Source of the DNA: Candidatus Latescibacterota bacterium
Lineage (GTDB): Bacteria; Latescibacterota; UBA2968; UBA8231
Reading direction: 5' to 3'
Length of the DNA stretch: 64,000 nucleotides
Assembly: GCA_965215195.1 (NCBI GenBank)
Contig: CBDCDC010000002.1
Location: 2,848,001-2,912,000 of the forward strand
A program made the translations under genes and the position numbers. How positions within the stretch are numbered: the stretch's first letter is position 1; each line of letters opens with the position of its first letter. Positions 9,291-19,404 of the stretch are shown here, in pieces. The notes beneath the pieces were generated by a model, which saw only the letters and a program-made list of their open reading frames with translations, was not told the DNA's origin and made no database searches.

Positions 9291-11021
9291 ATGAAAAAAT
9301 TTCTCAAAATCGCCCCGCTCAAAGGTCGCCCCATGCTGCATTGGGTCGGCAAGAAACCACTAGAAGTCGTGCGGCATTTTCCGGCGCAGTTATGTGAGAC
9401 AGTGGACGTCGCCGATCCACCGCCCGAACCGTCCTACAAGGAATTTGCCAAGAGCAATTACAACCTGCTGTTTCACGGCGATAACAAGGAGATTCTCTCC
9501 TCGCTTTTGGTTGCCGGGTTTCGGGGCAAAATTGATCTAATCTATATTGATCCGCCGTTTGATTCTGGCGCGAATTACGTCCGCAAGGTGAAATTGCGCG
9601 GGCAGACCGCAAAATTGAAGGGCGAGGGGCATACTTCCATTGAGCAGGCGCAATACGAGGACATCTGGGCGAACGACAATTATCTGCAATTCATGTATGA
9701 GCGGCTGATTCTGATGCGGGAGTTGTTGAGCAATAAGGGGAGTATTTATCTCCATTGCGACTATCATAAGAGTCATCATCTGAGGTTTCTTCTAGATGAA
9801 GTATTTGGGGCAGAAAATTTTGGTAATGAGATTATATGGTGCTATACATTCCCTGGGCCGTCACCACAAAATTTTCCAAGAAAACATGACAATATATTGC
9901 GCTACAAGAAAATTAATGGCAATGCTATTTTTAATCCTGATGATATACGAATACCATACAAGGCTGATTTTACGGCAGTAAGAACAATTGGTGGCGCAGA
10001 GTATGATGAGGATTCCCAAATGGCTAGGCACGAGAAAGGTAAAGTTCCAGAATCGTGGTGGGTTGATATGTCAAATGTCTCTGCTTGGCGCGACGAACTT
10101 CTTGATTATCCCACCCAAAAACCCGAACGCCTGTTAAAACGCATCATCAAAGCCTCCAGTAACGAAGGCTCGATCGTCTTGGACTGCTTTTGCGGCTCCG
10201 GCACTACCGCCGCTGTTGCAGAAAAGCTAGGCCGTCGCTGGATTATGGCGGATCTGAACAAGGGTGCGATTCAAACTACTATCAAGCGATTGCAAGCTAT
10301 CATCGAGAAAAAGAATGGCGACCTTGTAGATAACGGGAGCGGGCTGATTCACTATCGGGTGAATAACTACGATTTTGCCAAAGACAACGGTATTAAAAAA
10401 ATCATCATATCAAAATATGGCATTCAAACAGACCGCAGCGACTTGTTCTTTGATGGAGTAGTCGGCGAACAGTTGGCGAAAATCATTGAACTGAATCGAC
10501 CACTAACTCGCCTAGACATTCAGATTATCAAGGACGAAATCGCTAACAACCGGCCTGACGAAACGCGCGACATTACCGTCTTTTGCAACGGATCGGAGTT
10601 GGAGATCATTGACGAACTCGCCCAAGGGAAAAATCCGATCAACAAAATCACCGTCCGAGACATTCAGCAGGATGGGATGATCACCAACCAGCCCGCAGAG
10701 GCGGACGTGAAAATTGCCAAATACGGCAAAAAGGCTACGGTCAAAATAGCTGACTATATCAGCCCTTCCATTCTTGCGAGAATGGAAATAGACAGAACGT
10801 TCTTTGACGAACAAATTGGCGACTTTCGGGCGCAGATCGACTACGTTCTGATTGACATCGACTACAACGGCGAGAATTTCAACATTGTGGCAAGCGATCT
10901 GCCGCAGAGGAAAACCGACTTTATCAAAGGTGAATACGAACTGACGCTTTCCCGCGCCGATGCGAAAGTGGCGGTGAAAATCGTCGATATGCTCGGAGAG
11001 GAAGTTGTCGAAGTCGCGTAG
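9291..11021 (+). CDS. mod: Type III R-M Mod subunit (amino-methyltransferase, beta class)
   Basis: IYIDPPF catalytic motif preceding YPTQKPE and DCFCGSGTT SAM-binding motif; AVKIVDMLGEE C-terminus. Confidence 0.9.
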   Translation: MKKFLKIAPLKGRPMLHWVGKKPLEVVRHFPAQLCETVDVADPPPEPSYKEFAKSNYNLLFHGDNKEILSSLLVAGFRGKIDLIYIDPPFDSGANYVRKVKLRGQTAKLKGEGHTSIEQAQYEDIWANDNYLQFMYERLILMRELLSNKGSIYLHCDYHKSHHLRFLLDEVFGAENFGNEIIWCYTFPGPSPQNFPRKHDNILRYKKINGNAIFNPDDIRIPYKADFTAVRTIGGAEYDEDSQMARHEKGKVPESWWVDMSNVSAWRDELLDYPTQKPERLLKRIIKASSNEGSIVLDCFCGSGTTAAVAEKLGRRWIMADLNKGAIQTTIKRLQAIIEKKNGDLVDNGSGLIHYRVNNYDFAKDNGIKKIIISKYGIQTDRSDLFFDGVVGEQLAKIIELNRPLTRLDIQIIKDEIANNRPDETRDITVFCNGSELEIIDELAQGKNPINKITVRDIQQDGMITNQPAEADVKIAKYGKKATVKIADYISPSILARMEIDRTFFDEQIGDFRAQIDYVLIDIDYNGENFNIVASDLPQRKTDFIKGEYELTLSRADAKVAVKIVDMLGEEVVEVA

Positions 11022-11093
11022 CTGTGCGGAATAGTCTAAAAACCTTCGAGCGAGAAAGAGCAAAAGAGGTTTTCTGAGGTTGATTTACTTCTT

Positions 11094-13016
11094 ATGAGCC
11101 AGCCTTGCATCAGCGACGCCTCTTCCCTCAAGCCGCCCCCAGCCGTTCTCGACGCCGCGCTCGGCCGGCTCGGCTTTGAGCGTTTTCTGCCCGGCCAACG
11201 CGAAGCCATCGAAACCCTGCTCTCCACTAGCCGCCTGCTCTTGGTCGCCCCCACCGGCGGCGGCAAGAGCTTGACCTACCAGCTACCCGCCGCTCTCCTG
11301 CCGGGCACGGCATTAGTGGTCTCGCCGCTCATCGCCCTAATGCACGATCAGGTCCAAGCGCTAGAGCGGCGCGGGCTCGCTGCCACGTACCTATCCTCGA
11401 CCCTTGATGGCGACGAGTTGCGCCGCCGCATGTACGGGATGGCCCAAGGCCGGTACAAACTGGTTTATGCCGCGCCCGAGCGGCTGACCTTCCCCGGCTT
11501 CCGCGCCATCCTGAGCCAGATTAAGTGTTCGCTCATTGCCGTGGACGAGGCCCACTGCATCAGCGAGTGGGGGCACGACTTCCGGCCCGAGTACTTGCAG
11601 ATTGGCGAGCTGGTACGCGAGTTGCCCAACTGTCGGGTTCTCGCCTGCACGGCCACGGCCACGCCGGTGGTGCGCGACGAGATCCTCGAGCGCCTCGGGC
11701 TACCGAGCGACACCCCCCAACTCGTGCATGGCTTTGCCCGGCCCAACCTCTCGCTCCGAGTCGCCGAAATCAACAGCGCGGCCGAGCGGCGACGGCGGAT
11801 CGACGCCCTGCTAGCCGAGGCCCTCAGCCCCTCCGGCCAGAAGACGGGTACTGCCATCGTCTATGCCCCTACCCGCAAGAGTACCGAGGAAGAAGCCACC
11901 CGCCTTCGAGGGGCCGGCTGGCTGGCGGCCGCCTATCACGCGGGCATGACCGGGCCGGACCGCGACGCCGTTCAGCGCGCCTTTATTCAAGACCAAGTCC
12001 AAATCGTGGTGGCTACCAATGCCTTTGGCATGGGCATTGACCGCGCCGATGTGCGCGCCATCGCCCATCTGGCTCCGCCCAGCTCAATTGAAGCGTACTA
12101 TCAGGAAGTAGGCCGGGCCGGGCGCGACGGCCAAGATGCCTACTGCCTGCTGCTGGTCTCCCCCGGCGACATGGCGCTGCGACGCCATCTAATCGAAAGC
12201 GATGCCAACGGCCGCGCCCCCGATCAAGCGGTGGTCCAGCACAAGTGGAATCTCTTTTTGGAACTGATGCGTTGGAGCGAGGGCGGGTCCTGCCGCCACG
12301 ACGCGATCCTGCGCTACTTTGGCGACGAGGAGGAAACCCTCTCGGGCTGCGGCCGCTGCGATGTCTGCCGTAGTCTATCCCATGCCGAGGCGGGCGACGC
12401 CACAGAGGTCGCCACCACCGTGCGCAAAGCCCTTTGCGCAGTAGCCCGTCTGCACGGACGCTACGGCATCCTAATGGCGGCCAAGCTCCTGCGCGGCACC
12501 AAGGACGCCCGCCTTGTACGCGATGGCCTAGATCGGACCCCGACCTTTGGCACCCTCAAGGGACATTCTGAGCGGTGGCTTTTGCAGCTTTTGCGCCGGC
12601 TGGTCACGGCCGGTTGGGTCGATTTCTTCGGTGGCGAGCGGCCGGTCGTAGTCCTCACTGAAGAGGGACGCCAAGTCATTCACGCCGAGCGGCCCGTGCG
12701 CCTGCTCCTGCCGCCGAAGTCGGCCCCGCTCCCGGCATCCCGCACCGGGCGCGTCCGCCTTCGCACCCCCGACCCCAGCGGGGAATTCGACGAAAAAGCT
12801 CAAGCCCTCTTTGATGCACTGCGCCATTACCGCATGACGCTGGCCCGCGACGAAAAGGTTCCTCCCTACGTCATCGCCAGCGACCGCACGCTGCGCGATA
12901 TCGTCCTGCTGCGGCCTGCCAACCTCGAAGAGCTCAAGCTGGCGCACGGCATCGGCCCGGCCAAAGCCGAAAAATACGGCGACGGCCTGCTCGCCATCGT
13001 CCAGCAGGCCGCCTAA
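11094..13016 (+). CDS. recQ: RecQ DNA helicase with RQC and HRDC domains
   Basis: PTGGGKS, DEAHCISEWGHDFRPEY, ATNAFGMGID, YYQEVGRAGRDG, Zn cysteines, VPPYVIA/HRDC. Confidence 0.93.
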   Translation: MSQPCISDASSLKPPPAVLDAALGRLGFERFLPGQREAIETLLSTSRLLLVAPTGGGKSLTYQLPAALLPGTALVVSPLIALMHDQVQALERRGLAATYLSSTLDGDELRRRMYGMAQGRYKLVYAAPERLTFPGFRAILSQIKCSLIAVDEAHCISEWGHDFRPEYLQIGELVRELPNCRVLACTATATPVVRDEILERLGLPSDTPQLVHGFARPNLSLRVAEINSAAERRRRIDALLAEALSPSGQKTGTAIVYAPTRKSTEEEATRLRGAGWLAAAYHAGMTGPDRDAVQRAFIQDQVQIVVATNAFGMGIDRADVRAIAHLAPPSSIEAYYQEVGRAGRDGQDAYCLLLVSPGDMALRRHLIESDANGRAPDQAVVQHKWNLFLELMRWSEGGSCRHDAILRYFGDEEETLSGCGRCDVCRSLSHAEAGDATEVATTVRKALCAVARLHGRYGILMAAKLLRGTKDARLVRDGLDRTPTFGTLKGHSERWLLQLLRRLVTAGWVDFFGGERPVVVLTEEGRQVIHAERPVRLLLPPKSAPLPASRTGRVRLRTPDPSGEFDEKAQALFDALRHYRMTLARDEKVPPYVIASDRTLRDIVLLRPANLEELKLAHGIGPAKAEKYGDGLLAIVQQAA

Positions 13017-13039
13017 CTCGCTCATCAGGAGAACGTTCC

Positions 13040-14011
13040 ATGGCTACAGTTCGCTGGGGCATCATTGGCTGCGGCGACGTCACCGAAGTTAAGAGCGGCC
13101 CGGCCCTGTACAAGACCCGCGATTCCGAGCTGGTAGCGGTCATGCGCCGCAACGCGGACAAGGCCCGCGACTATGCCAAGCGCCACCGCGTACCCAGATG
13201 GTACGACCAAGCCGACGCACTCATCGGCGACCCGGACGTCGATGCGGTCTATATCGCAACGCCCCCGGACACCCACGCTCATTACGCGGCCCAAGTCGCC
13301 CGAGCCGGCAAACCTGTTTACGTCGAAAAGCCGATGGCGCACAACCACGGCGAGTGCTTGGCCATGATCGACGCCTGCTGTCGGGCCGGAGTGCCGCTGT
13401 TTGTGGCGTACTATCGCCGCGCCCTGCCTGCCTTCCTCAAGGTCAAGTCGCTGGTCGAGGAGGGGGCCATCGGGGAGGTGCGCTTTGCCTCCATCGCGCT
13501 CTGCCAACCCGCGTCAGAGAACCCGGACGACCTGCCCTGGCGCGTCGTCCCAGCCATTTCCGGCGGTGGCTACTTCTTCGACCTAGCCTCGCACCAGCTC
13601 GACTTCCTCGATTTTCTGCTCGGCCCAATCGCCCAAGCCTCGGGCTACGCGACCAACCAAGCAGGGTGCTACCAAGCCGAAGATGCCGTTACCGCCAGCT
13701 TTGCATTCGAGTCCGGCGCACTCGGCGCAGGAGTCTGGAACTTCGCCGCCGACCAGCACCGCGACCGGATCGAAGTCGTCGGCGACAAGGGCCGGATTGC
13801 CTTTTCCACTTTCGCCTTCGCCCCGGTCGAATTGGAGACGGACGCCGGCGCTGAGACCTTTGCCTTCAGTCCGCCCAAACACGTGCAGCAGCCTCTCATC
13901 CAAACCGTCGTCAATGCCCTGTTGGGCCGGGGCACTTGCCCCAGCACCGGCGCAAGCGCCGCCCGCACCAGTCGCATCATGGATCGGATCGTCCGCGGCC
14001 ATAGCATCTGA
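13040..14011 (+). CDS. Gfo/Idh/MocA oxidoreductase
   Basis: WGIIGCG, VYIATPP, EKPMA, DLASHQLD. Confidence 0.9.
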   Translation: MATVRWGIIGCGDVTEVKSGPALYKTRDSELVAVMRRNADKARDYAKRHRVPRWYDQADALIGDPDVDAVYIATPPDTHAHYAAQVARAGKPVYVEKPMAHNHGECLAMIDACCRAGVPLFVAYYRRALPAFLKVKSLVEEGAIGEVRFASIALCQPASENPDDLPWRVVPAISGGGYFFDLASHQLDFLDFLLGPIAQASGYATNQAGCYQAEDAVTASFAFESGALGAGVWNFAADQHRDRIEVVGDKGRIAFSTFAFAPVELETDAGAETFAFSPPKHVQQPLIQTVVNALLGRGTCPSTGASAARTSRIMDRIVRGHSI

Positions 14012-14048
14012 GATCTCCGCAGCCCCGGAACGGCGCGGCCGGTGCTTC

Positions 14049-15686
14049 TCAGGCGATCTTTTCTCGGGCTTCGAGGACCTTGGCAACCACGGTTTCGACG
14101 TCGCCTTCATCGACGAACGGCGAGAGAATGTACGATTTTAACGCGAAAATTGGTTCGTCGTACTGGGTGCGCCGATAGCAATCGGTCGAGGAAATGACGA
14201 CCCCGCGTCCGGCCATGGCCTCTTCTTGTACGTACTGGAAAACTTCTCGATTGTAATTATTGTGAGCGAGCAGGCCCTCGCGATAGGCCGGGTCGTCAAA
14301 CTCTTGGCGCTTGATGGCGAAGGTATCGACGCCGGGCGGATACGTGCGAAAGAGCGTCACAGCCCCAAAACTTTCTCGGTTGAGCACCGTAATGGCCTCG
14401 TGCCCTTCGAGATGCTCCCGCAGAAGCTGGGCCATTTCCACGATGTGCCCGAGTACGACCTGCAACCCTTGCTCGCCGAACAGGCGAAAGTTGGCGAGTG
14501 CCGACAGGGGTCCCGTCCCGGCGCGGGATGTTTCGAGGGTGTACATGCCGGGGCGATGTTCTCCAAAGTGATAGAGATACGGCATCTGCTCGGGACGCCG
14601 CGCCATGCGCTGGAGGTCTTGGCGGTTTTTGACGAGGATGAGGCTAGAGATATAAGGCGTAAAGCCCGTCTTGTGAAAATCGACGCCAATGGAGTCTGCC
14701 AGCGACAAGTGGCGTATGCGCCGACGCGCTCCCGCCAAGGCGCGGACGGTCCGCAGGCGAAATCCGAGGGGATTCTCTTCGAGATCGTACTCGTTGAACA
14801 CCGACCAAGCCCAGCCAATGACCGCGTCGGCGTGAATGTGCGGACGGTAGGCGAGTTGGAATTCGTCAATTAGTGCGTCGCGCAATGCCGCGATGGCCTG
14901 TAAGTCGTCCAACCCGAACGCATCGGTCGTGCCCATGGTTGCAATAATGGCGGCGATCTTTTTGCCGCTCGCCAGTGCTGTCCGCGCCGCTTGCTCTAGC
15001 TGGGCGAGGTCGATTTCGTTTTCGGCCGTCGTCGGGATGACGACCAAATTATCCGTGCCCATGCCGAGCCAGCCGACGACATTGCTGGCACAGTAGTGTC
15101 CGGCGTCGGAAACGAATGTCACGACCTCTTCGGATACCCCGCTGTGCATGGCCTGCGGACAGGCTTTTTCCAAGCCCATTTTTACTCCGTAGAGCGTCGT
15201 ACCCGTCCCGCCAAAGGTGAACGCGCCGCTCGCCTGCTCTGGGTCGTAGCCGACCAACTGCGCGGTAATACCGAGGGCCTCGACTTCGGCCAACGCCACG
15301 AGGCGGCTGTATTCGTCCCAAGCGATATTGGGATTGTGCAAGGACGAAAGCAGGACGCCGATTAGGCTTGGAATGGTGGGTGGCGGGATGACGTTTTGTT
15401 GGGTGCGCGGATGACCGGGGATAGTCAGGCCGCGCAGATAGCTCACCAGCTCGGAGGTGACGGCCTCAACCGAAGACGGTTGCGCGGGCAACGCCGCATG
15501 GCGCGCCTTCTCAAAGTCGCTGGAGACAACCGAGCCGAGGATCGGCAACTCGGTTTTCAGCGCATCAACCTGATCCAAGGCCCGCATGATGGAGAACACG
15601 AAATACGAGTCGTGGATGGGGTTGGATATCGGCTGGGGGAAGGCGCGGCGGATGTGTTCTAGGATGTCGCGGTAGGATGGGGCCAT
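14049..15686 (-). CDS. Group II PLP-dependent decarboxylase
   Basis: TFGGTG, ATMGTT, HADA, DSIGVDFHKTG (PLP lysine). Confidence 0.85.
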   Translation of the reverse strand: MAPSYRDILEHIRRAFPQPISNPIHDSYFVFSIMRALDQVDALKTELPILGSVVSSDFEKARHAALPAQPSSVEAVTSELVSYLRGLTIPGHPRTQQNVIPPPTIPSLIGVLLSSLHNPNIAWDEYSRLVALAEVEALGITAQLVGYDPEQASGAFTFGGTGTTLYGVKMGLEKACPQAMHSGVSEEVVTFVSDAGHYCASNVVGWLGMGTDNLVVIPTTAENEIDLAQLEQAARTALASGKKIAAIIATMGTTDAFGLDDLQAIAALRDALIDEFQLAYRPHIHADAVIGWAWSVFNEYDLEENPLGFRLRTVRALAGARRRIRHLSLADSIGVDFHKTGFTPYISSLILVKNRQDLQRMARRPEQMPYLYHFGEHRPGMYTLETSRAGTGPLSALANFRLFGEQGLQVVLGHIVEMAQLLREHLEGHEAITVLNRESFGAVTLFRTYPPGVDTFAIKRQEFDDPAYREGLLAHNNYNREVFQYVQEEAMAGRGVVISSTDCYRRTQYDEPIFALKSYILSPFVDEGDVETVVAKVLEAREKIA

Positions 15687-15693
15687 TTGCGGC

Positions 15694-15908
15694 TCACTTC
15701 AGGTTGAGATGTAAATGGCCGCAGGTACTCGGCCTCTGAGGTGGAAGTTTGGCAAACTCGCGTCCGAAAACCGCAATGACTGCCGAGTGTCTCGAAAATG
15801 ACAACCCATCGCCTTCTAAAAAAGCCTCGGCAATATAGAACATTGCGTCATACCCCGGATATTTCCCTTGCATGAGCCTTTGAGGCTATCACGGGCTTGT
15901 CGCGTCAT
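15694..15908 (-). pseudogene. Degraded HEPN (UPF0332-like) toxin
   Basis: ATG overlaps the MNT stop; fragments MTRQARDSL / [42 protein letters not shown] in two frames, truncated. Confidence 0.7.
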
Positions 15909-16225
15909 AACGCAATGCCCTCTTTGCGGATATTCCTGAGCAGTCGCCCTTGTCCATTTTCGTAGCGATCATGCTCGATGAACGTACAGCTAATCACTAC
16001 GTCGTTCTCCAGACCCAGATCGGCCACAAGCCCGCAGGTTCGCTCGACTTCCTCACCGGCATGTACAGCACCGTGTAATACGACGAGCACGTCCATATCC
16101 GAGTCGGGTCGGGCATCGCCCCGGGCCCGCGAACCAAATAACACCATCTGCGCCAATTGGTCGCCGTAAAATATGTCAAAGCGCTGGCGCAGTGTCTGGA
16201 GAACAGATTTTACGTTCAAATTCAT
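15905..16225 (-). CDS. Minimal nucleotidyltransferase (MNT antitoxin)
   Basis: LFGSRARGDARPDSDMDVLVV motif, ~106 aa, NIRKEGIAL end. Confidence 0.88.
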   Translation of the reverse strand: MNLNVKSVLQTLRQRFDIFYGDQLAQMVLFGSRARGDARPDSDMDVLVVLHGAVHAGEEVERTCGLVADLGLENDVVISCTFIEHDRYENGQGRLLRNIRKEGIAL

Positions 16226-16306
16226 ATCCCTCGCCGCCTGTGCTCACGCCCATATAACGGACGTTACGCACAGGCACCCTAGGTATGTCTTGCGTCCCAT
16301 TCGTGC

Positions 16307-16343
16307 AAAAGGCCGAGTACCAAGGAGGTACCCGGCCTTCTTT
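16307..16343 (-). terminator. Intrinsic terminator downstream of the TonB-dependent receptor
   Basis: Minus strand AAGGCCGGGTACC-TCCTT-GGTACTCGGCCTTTT hairpin plus T run. Confidence 0.65.
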
Positions 16344-16364
16344 GCGGCTTGCAGTGGGCGTTTG

Positions 16365-18938
16365 TTATAGGCTGTAGCTGTATTTCGCGTACCAGAACGC
16401 GCCGCCAAAGCCATACGGGCTGTACTCGCCGAAAGGTCTGCCCACTATGGGTGCTGGATCGGTGCCAGCATCGTAGCCTGCTACGTCTTGCAGGCTGTCC
16501 GGCTCGACATTGAGAAGGTTCTTAACACCAGCAGATACCCTACCAACGGGCAGGGAGAGGCTGGACTCTAGGTCGAGCAAAAAGGCACCGTCAAAGATCT
16601 GGTGGCCGACGGACCATTCATCCCAAGAACTGTAGTAATTGACGCGGCCCAGCACGTCTAGATACTCGTTCAGGGGCTGGGTCAGAGATACATTCCCGCG
16701 GTGTTGCGGAAGCCCCTTCTCCAACAAAGTGATGCGCTGTTGGTCGAGCAGGTCGGGATCGTATTGGGTCACTTCGGTTGACGTGTAGTTATACGCGCAG
16801 CCGAGTTCACCGGCCCCCACAGGCACGGTGAGAACCAAATCAATGCCTTGGGTTCTCGTCTCAAAGTCATTGGTGAAGAAGCGGAACTCCTGTAGATTCC
16901 TCGCGTTTATGCCCGTGGACTCCAACTGCTCGATCTGGTCCTCTGTAAGCTCCTTGTCGCTGGAGACCGTCATGCGATCTTCCACGTCGATGCGAAAGTA
17001 GTCGATCGTCAGGTTCAGCGCGTCATTACTAACAATCGCACCAACAGTGTAGTTCTTCGACTTCTCGGGCTCGAGACCCTTGCCGCCCACCAATTGGGCG
17101 GCCGGATGAGTCGAGGGAATCGTGCCTTTATTGACCAAGATAAAATTGCCCTCGTCGTCTTCGCCAAATTCAGTCGTCACGTTGAAGGCGTTTTGCTGGC
17201 CGGGCGTGGGAGCCCTAAAGCCGGTGCTGTAACTGCCGCGCACCCTCAGCTCGTCGGTGAGGCCGTAGTTGGTGGCCAACTTGTAGTTAGTCGTTGAGCC
17301 AAAGTCGTCAAAATCTTCATAGCGCAGGGCCGCGGCCAGCAACCAGTTTTCGATCGGCTTGACTTCCGCTTCGACATAGGAAGCATAGTTGGAGCGATTC
17401 CAAGAACCTGCGGCAATATCGCCAAAACCCGGGAAACCATTAGAGCCGGAGCTGAAGCCTTGGGAAGCCAAGGGCCCCACGTCAAAAGACTCTATCTGGC
17501 CCTGCACGATTTCAAATTCTTCCGTGCGGTACTCCAAACCGGCGGCGAGGAATAGCTGATCGGTTAGCGGGTAAGTAACGTCAAAGTTGACGTTGATATC
17601 CGTCTGGATATAGTCGCCGGGATTGAACCGCGTCGGCGAGTCCGGGCCGAGAGAGGCGTTCACCGTATTGAAAATGAAGAAGTCGGAGTGGTGGCGGCCG
17701 AGAGAAGCGCTGAGATCCCCAGTGAGCGTCGGGTCTGGGATCGTTCCCTTGATGCCCAACAAAATGGCGTAGTCTTCGGTGTTGCCGCCAAAGCGGGGCG
17801 TAAAGCCACCGGGCCGGCCCGGAAAACTGCCCTGTGCCTCGCGGAAGGTGAAGCAATTGTCGTCATTGAAAACCTGTGCCAAGGCATCGGCGTCTGCCAC
17901 GTGGTCGGTGATCGCCACGGTGGGGCAATCGCCTCCCTGACCCACGCCATCCAAGTCGCCGACGAGCAAGGTCTCACCGCCGTCGTTACTGAATACGGCC
18001 GGCCGCGTATTGGGATTGCGGAAATAGAACCCGCCTTCGGTTTCCTTACTGGCGTAGTTGGCGTGGCCGTAGAGCTTCACGGCGTCGGTCAGGCCGGCAC
18101 CGTAGTTGGCGAAGAACTTGACGTCGTCTCTGATAAAGGGTTGGCCCCAAGGTTGGGCCGGATCGGCCACATCGGTGTTGCCGGCCTCTATCAAAGCAGC
18201 CGCATCGTCTCGCTGCACCGAGCGGTCTGTCTCATCCGTGTTGCCGTATTCCAAGCTGAGGTTGGCCCAAAGATCTTCGTGGCCCAACCCGATATTGCCG
18301 GCCGCGCTGTACGTAAAACCATCGCCTTCTTGGAAAATGCCGGGTTTGATTTCAATGGAACCGCCCTGATAGGCGTCCTTGAGCTGAAAGTTCATCACCC
18401 CGGCAATGGCGTCGGAACCGTACTGGGCCGAGGCCCCATCGCGCAGCACTTCCACCTGTTTGAGGGCGATTGCCGGGATGGGAGAGGTATCCTGACCTTG
18501 TGCCGCGTCGGAGAGACCATTGCCCAGCCAGTAAATCACCGAGGCGCGGTGGCGGCGCTTGTTGTTGACCAGTACCAACGCATGGTCGGGGGCCAACCCG
18601 CGCAGATTGGGCGGGCGAACGACGGTAGCGGCGTCGCTGATCGGCTGCAGATTGATGTTGTAGGAAGGCACGAGATTCCTCAGCAGATCGGGTAGATCCG
18701 TTTCGCCTTGCTTGACGAAATCTTCGCCGCTGACCACGTCAATGGGCACGGCCGACTCCGTTACCGAGCGCGGCTGCGCTCGCGAACCAGTAACCACCAG
18801 TTCTTCGAGTTCGACGACCCCTTCGAGCATTTCCTCTTCGGTGGTCGCTTCTTCCATTCCGCCTTGGGCTATGGCCTCAGAGGCCAAGATCACAGAGAGC
18901 AGGGCCGCAAGGCCGAAAGCTGCTAGGAGATCTTTCAT
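16365..18938 (-). CDS. TonB-dependent receptor
   Basis: Signal peptide, TonB box EELVVTGSR, plug NLRGL...VEVLRDGASAQYGSDAIAGVMN, alternating aromatic C-terminus YAKYSYSL. Confidence 0.93.
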   Translation of the reverse strand: MKDLLAAFGLAALLSVILASEAIAQGGMEEATTEEEMLEGVVELEELVVTGSRAQPRSVTESAVPIDVVSGEDFVKQGETDLPDLLRNLVPSYNINLQPISDAATVVRPPNLRGLAPDHALVLVNNKRRHRASVIYWLGNGLSDAAQGQDTSPIPAIALKQVEVLRDGASAQYGSDAIAGVMNFQLKDAYQGGSIEIKPGIFQEGDGFTYSAAGNIGLGHEDLWANLSLEYGNTDETDRSVQRDDAAALIEAGNTDVADPAQPWGQPFIRDDVKFFANYGAGLTDAVKLYGHANYASKETEGGFYFRNPNTRPAVFSNDGGETLLVGDLDGVGQGGDCPTVAITDHVADADALAQVFNDDNCFTFREAQGSFPGRPGGFTPRFGGNTEDYAILLGIKGTIPDPTLTGDLSASLGRHHSDFFIFNTVNASLGPDSPTRFNPGDYIQTDINVNFDVTYPLTDQLFLAAGLEYRTEEFEIVQGQIESFDVGPLASQGFSSGSNGFPGFGDIAAGSWNRSNYASYVEAEVKPIENWLLAAALRYEDFDDFGSTTNYKLATNYGLTDELRVRGSYSTGFRAPTPGQQNAFNVTTEFGEDDEGNFILVNKGTIPSTHPAAQLVGGKGLEPEKSKNYTVGAIVSNDALNLTIDYFRIDVEDRMTVSSDKELTEDQIEQLESTGINARNLQEFRFFTNDFETRTQGIDLVLTVPVGAGELGCAYNYTSTEVTQYDPDLLDQQRITLLEKGLPQHRGNVSLTQPLNEYLDVLGRVNYYSSWDEWSVGHQIFDGAFLLDLESSLSLPVGRVSAGVKNLLNVEPDSLQDVAGYDAGTDPAPIVGRPFGEYSPYGFGGAFWYAKYSYSL

Positions 18939-18987
18939 GGGATTTTCCTCCTTTAGGAAAAGGAATTATATCTTACTTAACTTATTG

Positions 18988-19014
18988 CGAAAAGTATAAA
19001 TGAATTACTTTTCG
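18988..19014. promoter_or_regulatory. Palindromic operator-like site upstream of the TBDR
   Basis: CGAAAAGTA-N9-TACTTTTCG perfect 9-bp inverted repeat in the AT-rich leader. Confidence 0.45.
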
Positions 19015-19305
19015 GTCAATTATTTTTACGCCAGTTGCACAAGTCTGGCGGCGGCTGGGCGGTTCGGTGGGTAGGGGTCTCTTGTCTTGGTATGGCGCGA
19101 GACGGCAGAGCCGGTCCGTCCCCGCCGCCCGAGTAATTTTCAAAGGGCCCCACTACCAATCATTTATTCTCGGATTGGGCTATATACTACAATCGTGTAA
19201 CTATTTCGGGGCGCGGCCATCCCGCAGTCGGAATGAATTTATATTCCTTATTTTCGATTATTTATGCCAAGAGTGGTCAACTCTGCGTCCCTGCGGCGCA
19301 ACCAC

Positions 19306-19386
19306 GCTGTCCGTCGTCAGTGCTGTCCGTCGCCAGTGCTGTCCGTCGCCAAAATTGGCGACGCATTGGCGACGCATTGGCGACAC
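19306..19386. repeat. Head-to-head tandem repeats (3x16 bp then 3x11 bp)
   Basis: GCTGTCCGTCG(T/C)CA(GT/AA) x3 followed by ATTGGCGAC(G/A)C x3; the cores are reverse complements. Confidence 0.85.
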
Positions 19387-19404
19387 AACCGAAGGACAAA
19401 AGCC

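Noticed and set aside
18939-19300. Cobalamin or TPP riboswitch ahead of the TonB receptor
   Set aside because: No recognisable B12-box or TPP consensus on the minus strand
19306-19386. CRISPR or tRNA-like element
   Set aside because: Units are 11-16 bp with no spacers and no cloverleaf or T-loop motif
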